Below, piece after piece: positions 60,854 through 64,000 of a DNA stretch of 64,000 nt. Numbering within the stretch: the stretch's first letter is position 1; each line of letters starts with the position of its first letter. The DNA lies in the NCBI GenBank assembly GCA_017654855.1, contig CM030332.1, forward strand, positions 1,178,001-1,242,000, in the 5' to 3' direction. The DNA comes from Podospora anserina (lineage: Eukaryota). Under the pieces are notes generated by a model that worked only from the letters and a program-made list of their open reading frames with translations, did not search any database and was not told where the DNA came from. The translations under genes and the position numbers were made by a program.

Positions 60854-63800
60854 ATTTTGAGATTGAAGATTGATGACTAGACAAATTTGAATCAAACAGA
60901 TCGCTCCTTGAAGATTGCTGATGGTTGTATTGCTGTTGCGGTGTTGATGTTGGATTTGTGATGGGTGGTTGAAAGTGGATACTGCTGAGCCTGCTGTGGA
61001 AACGAAAAGGGGCAAAAGGGGTGGTTCTTCACGATGTAAACAGTGCGCACGGACCAACAGACTTTGATTATCAGGGATACATACATTTTCACAACACTAT
61101 TTACAGAGAATGAGATACATGTAGCTCAAAGTGGTTCTAATCAGTCTGAGGGGGCTCATGTAAGAGTACTACACTCGTGAGCTGGGCATCTCTCTTCAGC
61201 AGCCGGTTATGTCTCGTGGGCGGAATGAGCCGGGCATCCGTTCCGGCGCTCGTTGATTGGGCTGCTCGTAGCGTGGCTTTTCAACAAGATATGGGGCATG
61301 ATGATGACAACTGTGTGTGCGCATGTTTTGCGATCACCGAGTTGCATTCGGCTGGAAGAAATCAAGATTGTTCAGGGGGAAGAGTGTGAAAGTACTTTCA
61401 GGTCAACGTGACATGGTGGTACTTTGAGGAGAACTCGAACTGTCTGGACTCTACAGGGACAAGGTATCTATCTTCTTCGGCTCATACTGCTTTGGACGGT
61501 TCGAGGTGGCGTTATGGTTTGGATAGTCTGGTACTCCGCAGCGGAGATGGGGATGTCGCCTCTCACCGGCGTCGTTAGTGATAAGGCACTTTGCAGGCTT
61601 TTGGTTTCGGGGAATCCTTGCTACTGGGTTACTTGAGAATGGAAGAATGAAACTGAGCTGGGAGACCGCGAGATCGTGAGATACACCAGAGGGCATAGAG
61701 GTGCAACAGGACTCGGAGTCTTCCCTCAATTGATTGACAGGGCACAGTGCGTCTGACACCGTTGCGGATGTGGCGCTAGTGTTGATGGTGACCGGCTCAT
61801 TCTTTGCTCGACCTCGCCGGCGGCTAACTGCGGTGATTTCCGTGGCTGTCCGAGGCGCAATGCCACGATATTTGGCCATGTCTGACCCCTGACAGGTCGA
61901 TGGGTGCCGAGCAGCCGATTTCTTCTGTCTCATCTTGTTGAGCAGCTGCCGAGAGGGTGTGGGATGTGTTTAGATTGTGACTGGTGTGTTTGAGTGGTAG
62001 GTGAGTATGGTTGATCACCCGTTGAACCACGGAAAAGCCTCTCCGGGGAGGTGGAGTTGCACATCGATAACGGCAAGCGAAGGTTGACACCCTTCATTTG
62101 TTACCCACCAGGAGCCTGTACAAAAGATATTGTTGCGGGGTGGTACATTCAGACTGGCTGGGGAGAACAGGCAATCTAAGGGCCGTTGAGCATGATCAGA
62201 CGGTATAGATGAGGGGTGTCGATGGTTTTTTTTTTTTTTGAAATGATAGCGTTTTTGAATCTTTATTCCATAGACTCGTTGAACTATCCATGGTTAGATG
62301 AGATATTTCAGGATTTCAGTTGATTGAGTGTCATGAGGAGAAACAATTCGAGGCAGTCGGAGCGCTGAGATGTGAGTGAGGCAAGAGCGAAGGCGCAGAG
62401 CACTTTGACCCACACCCCACAACAGTTTCATCCACACAGCCCAAGCTAAGGTAAGAAGCTTTGTTGGCAGCACAATGCCCTTTATCCAAGACCAAACACC
62501 ACCGATTCCATCTTTCCGTTTCACTTCTGCCTTACACACAGCCGCTCGGATGACAAAGACCTCAGAGTCTCAACGAGGAGCCGTGGCGGTTATGCAACCA
62601 ACCCACGCTACTCTCGCAGTTCTACCCGCTGCTCTACCACCAACGAGCAACTGAAAAGACGGCTCTTCTGACACAACAACCTGGATGGACAACACATTGT
62701 TTCTCAGTCCACTCCATCTCGCAATAGGCGGTCTACGTATGCAGAGCGGTTCTGTCCATAAGCATTATCTTTCCGAACTGGGATCCCTAGACTCACTTTA
62801 TCGCTGTACAATCATATTCTGACAGATATACTATAGCTTTCTCATAATTATTCGTAACATTGGTTCCTCGAGCCAAGCATGATGCCCAGCCAGGTCTGTC
62901 ATCGATTATTGCATATCGGAGCTGGAAGAATACCGCCATGCAACAGCACTGTTTGGTACAAGTGGACCTTGCAGCTTTGACTCGCAGAGAGAGCAAATCA
63001 TGTTATCTGCGCTGCAAGCGACAAGCTATCTTCCTGGGGTCCCAAACACCAGCCTCCGTTCGCCCATCGCGCCATTCTGCGGTCTTTCTCTCGGTCGAGA
63101 CCGCAGACGTCGTCGTATTGCTGCCAGCAACGCCATGCACTCCCTCACCCCGAGGCAAACCTGCATCTACCTCACTAGCTCGCACTTGGCTCTGATCTAA
63201 ACGCCACCACCCACGTCAATCCCATTTTTAAGAGCAATTCTGCGCAAGGTTGTGGACCCCCAACCTTCTCGGCAGATCATCTAGACGGAACGGAAGCTCA
63301 CCGTGGTGGCAGACGTTAGGATTTCCGGCCCTGTTCTGATGCGTTTTCAAACATCATCTCCCCAAAAAAAAATGCTCGAGGGGTGCGCGCTGATATGACA
63401 AGTCAAAGTTGGCTTTCCACAACCAATTACCTTCATCCCCCTGTCCCGACAGACTGGTACAGTCGCTGAGCCCTGTTCATAGCTCTGCTGTTGGTTCCTA
63501 GCGCCACCACTCTCCCCTCGCTTTTCATGGGAGAGGGAGGTGGCATATGAGACTGGTTTGACACGAAGTCGAAAGCTGGCATTTTCAGACGGAGGACGTG
63601 TACCACTGACAGACCATATCCTGTTGGAGAGACTCTGGCGTCTTGTCATCCGATCAGATGGGTCGCGCACGGTGATGGGAGCTAAATCCTTCCGCCAATT
63701 CAACCGTTGATGGGGGCTAGGGAAGTGCCACACATGACGTTTGCATGTTGAGCTGCCCTGCGTTGCACATCGATCAAGAAAACCCGTTCCACGAAACCAT

Positions 63801-64000
63801 CTTGGTTCTCTCGTTGCTTCTTTTGTCCTCGGTGTGGCTGGCGGTGAGTTGACACTCGCCCGCACCAGGGGTCCACGGACAACTCACCTCGAGTACGACC
63901 TTTCAGGCGCATGTCTGCCTTCCCATTTCAGCTTGGGTAGACACCACAGCTTCACAAGGACCCCCCTGCGTCGTGGCGCCTGATCAGCAAACTCAGCGGA

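Noticed and set aside
61451-61933. 160-aa minus-strand ORF, plus other short ORFs at 62-64 kb
   Set aside because: No domain, codon bias or splice support that I could see; an orphan gene cannot be excluded.

Overview
Gene-dense eukaryotic DNA from a filamentous ascomycete. The GT-AG introns with CTRAC/CTAAC branch sites, the gene content and the G-rich 3' gene ends look Sordariales/Podospora-like; this taxon call is an inference. About 21 mostly spliced housekeeping genes are supported: an ABCA transporter (truncated at the window edge), RPP1, a BRCT protein, MDM12, VPS28, NOC2, a DUF726/MIL1-like protein, a PA/RING-H2 ligase, NGG1/ADA3, BTA1, a Zn2Cys6 factor, SDH4, mitochondrial TyrRS (CYT-18/YTS1 type), NPR2, VPS53, a ZZ/EF-hand protein, a DUF3176 membrane protein and two secreted low-complexity proteins. 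Three observations stand out. (1) The DUF3176 gene is intact except for one in-frame TAG (59572-59574) inside an exon, in the context expected for fungal sexual-stage A-to-I 'premature stop correction' (UAG to UIG, read as Trp). (2) Small MITE-like elements with two unrelated TIR types all carry the same ~21-bp internal repeat (GCCTTTAAAGATAGTT), which also occurs as a free-standing 21/63-bp-period array. (3) Many genes switch from C-rich to G-rich synonymous codons toward their 3' ends. Exon boundaries were read by eye and no database searches were run.
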